Assembly (NCBI GenBank): GCA_965200315.1
Contig: OZ241362.1
Span: 1,248,001-1,312,000 of the forward strand
Direction of reading: 5' to 3'
Origin: Candidatus Latescibacterota bacterium
GTDB taxonomy: Bacteria > Latescibacterota > UBA2968 > UBA8231
Length of the DNA stretch: 64,000 bases
Shown here in pieces: positions 63,247 through 64,000 of this stretch. The notes below the pieces were generated by a model. It made no database searches, was not told the origin of the DNA, and saw nothing but the letters and a program-made list of their open reading frames with translations. The translations under genes and the position numbers were made by a program. Every line of letters starts with the position of its first letter. Position 1 is the first letter of the stretch.

Positions 63247-64000
63247 ATGAAAATCACCGACATCGAAGTCATCCCCATCTTTCCCAAGCTGGCCAGCCGC
63301 TACGCCGAGCGCCGCGTCGATCTCTACGGCATCGACTGCCGAGTCGTGTACAAAGTCCACACCGACGCCGGTATCACCGGCTACGGCGATATGCGGGTGC
63401 GGCCCTACGCCAAACCATCCCGCGACACCGTCGCCCAATTTATCGGCCTCAGCCCCTTTGACTTCATCAACGACCATCGCTCCGCCGTCCCCTCGGGCCT
63501 GCTCTGCGCCCTGTACGACGCAATGGGCAAACACCTCGACCTGCCCGTTCACAAACTCCTCGGCCAGAAAAAGCGCAACGCCATTGCCGTGGCCGCCTGG
63601 ACCCGACCCGCCTCTCCAGAGATCTTTCGCGACGAGATCAAACGCGCTGCCGCCGAGGGCTACCGCGTCTTCAAAATCCACACCTGCACCTACCACGACG
63701 TCTTCGAGCAGACTCGGCTAGCCACAGAAGTCGCCCCAGAGAGCTTCCGCATCCACTACGACTTCAACCACAACCGCAGCCTCGGCAGCGCCCTGCCGAT
63801 CATCGCCGAACTCGAAAGGAATTTCCCCATCGTCGGCTACATCGAAGACCCGTTCGACAAAAAGGACATCGACGGCTGGAAGCGCCTGCGCCAGCAGACC
63901 AGTCTACCGCTAATCATGCACGGTACGCCCTTGGGCGGGGTCCAAGAGCTGATCTACGGCCTCGCCGATATGTACATGATCGGCGGCACCCTCGAAGACA
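63247..64000 (+). CDS. Mandelate racemase/muconate lactonizing enzyme (enolase superfamily), 3'-truncated by window
   Basis: AAGGAG RBS; MKITDIEV, KVHTDAGITGYG, ALYDAMGK.L..PV..LLG, GYRVFKIH, YDFN, IEDP. Absent from the ORF track because no stop codon falls inside the window. Confidence 0.9.
   Translation, partial: MKITDIEVIPIFPKLASRYAERRVDLYGIDCRVVYKVHTDAGITGYGDMRVRPYAKPSRDTVAQFIGLSPFDFINDHRSAVPSGLLCALYDAMGKHLDLPVHKLLGQKKRNAIAVAAWTRPASPEIFRDEIKRAAAEGYRVFKIHTCTYHDVFEQTRLATEVAPESFRIHYDFNHNRSLGSALPIIAELERNFPIVGYIEDPFDKKDIDGWKRLRQQTSLPLIMHGTPLGGVQELIYGLADMYMIGGTLED

Noticed and set aside
1-64000. tRNA, rRNA, integrase, transposase or prophage genes
   Set aside because: None recognised by eye; the intergenic gaps are short and lack cloverleaf or rRNA signatures. 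tRNAscan and Infernal were not run.

Overview
GC-rich (about 60-65%), densely coded bacterial chromosomal segment. Its gene content is typical of Candidatus Latescibacterota or related FCB/Poribacteria-like lineages (taxonomy is inference): FlgD-Ig C-terminal domain proteins, CRTAC1/ASPIC-UnbV proteins, a C-terminal 'SWGxIK' motif, a DUF6785-type transporter and CehA-type hydrolases. From left to right: (1) a 5'-truncated indolepyruvate:ferredoxin oxidoreductase, GNAT, rpiA and a TRAP transporter; (2) a collapsed sigma54/two-component remnant; (3) mltF, an MDR dehydrogenase and an FGGY kinase; (4) a stand-alone Ntox37-like toxin with a small partner gene; (5) an M16 protease; (6) an AT-rich two-gene island with a PD-(D/E)xK-like motif; (7) a ~30 kb cell-envelope locus (18-47.6 kb). 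That locus holds a sugar ABC transporter, five paralogous exported proteins sharing a FSPNGDG/FlgD-type C-terminal domain, two coupled ~950-aa putative outer-membrane proteins, a His-rich membrane-TPR protein, a secreted CBM9-like protein, a PPIase, a TPR lipoprotein and two CRTAC1-like proteins. It is followed by (8) a ~2090-aa M28-like/FtsX/DUF6785 fusion; (9) creD, a PhyH dioxygenase and two full-length CehA homologues; (10) hicAB, a restriction-modification deletion scar and a 3'-truncated enolase-superfamily gene. I saw no rRNA, tRNA, CRISPR array, intact transposase or integrase. Family assignments come from motif recognition by eye, not from database searches.
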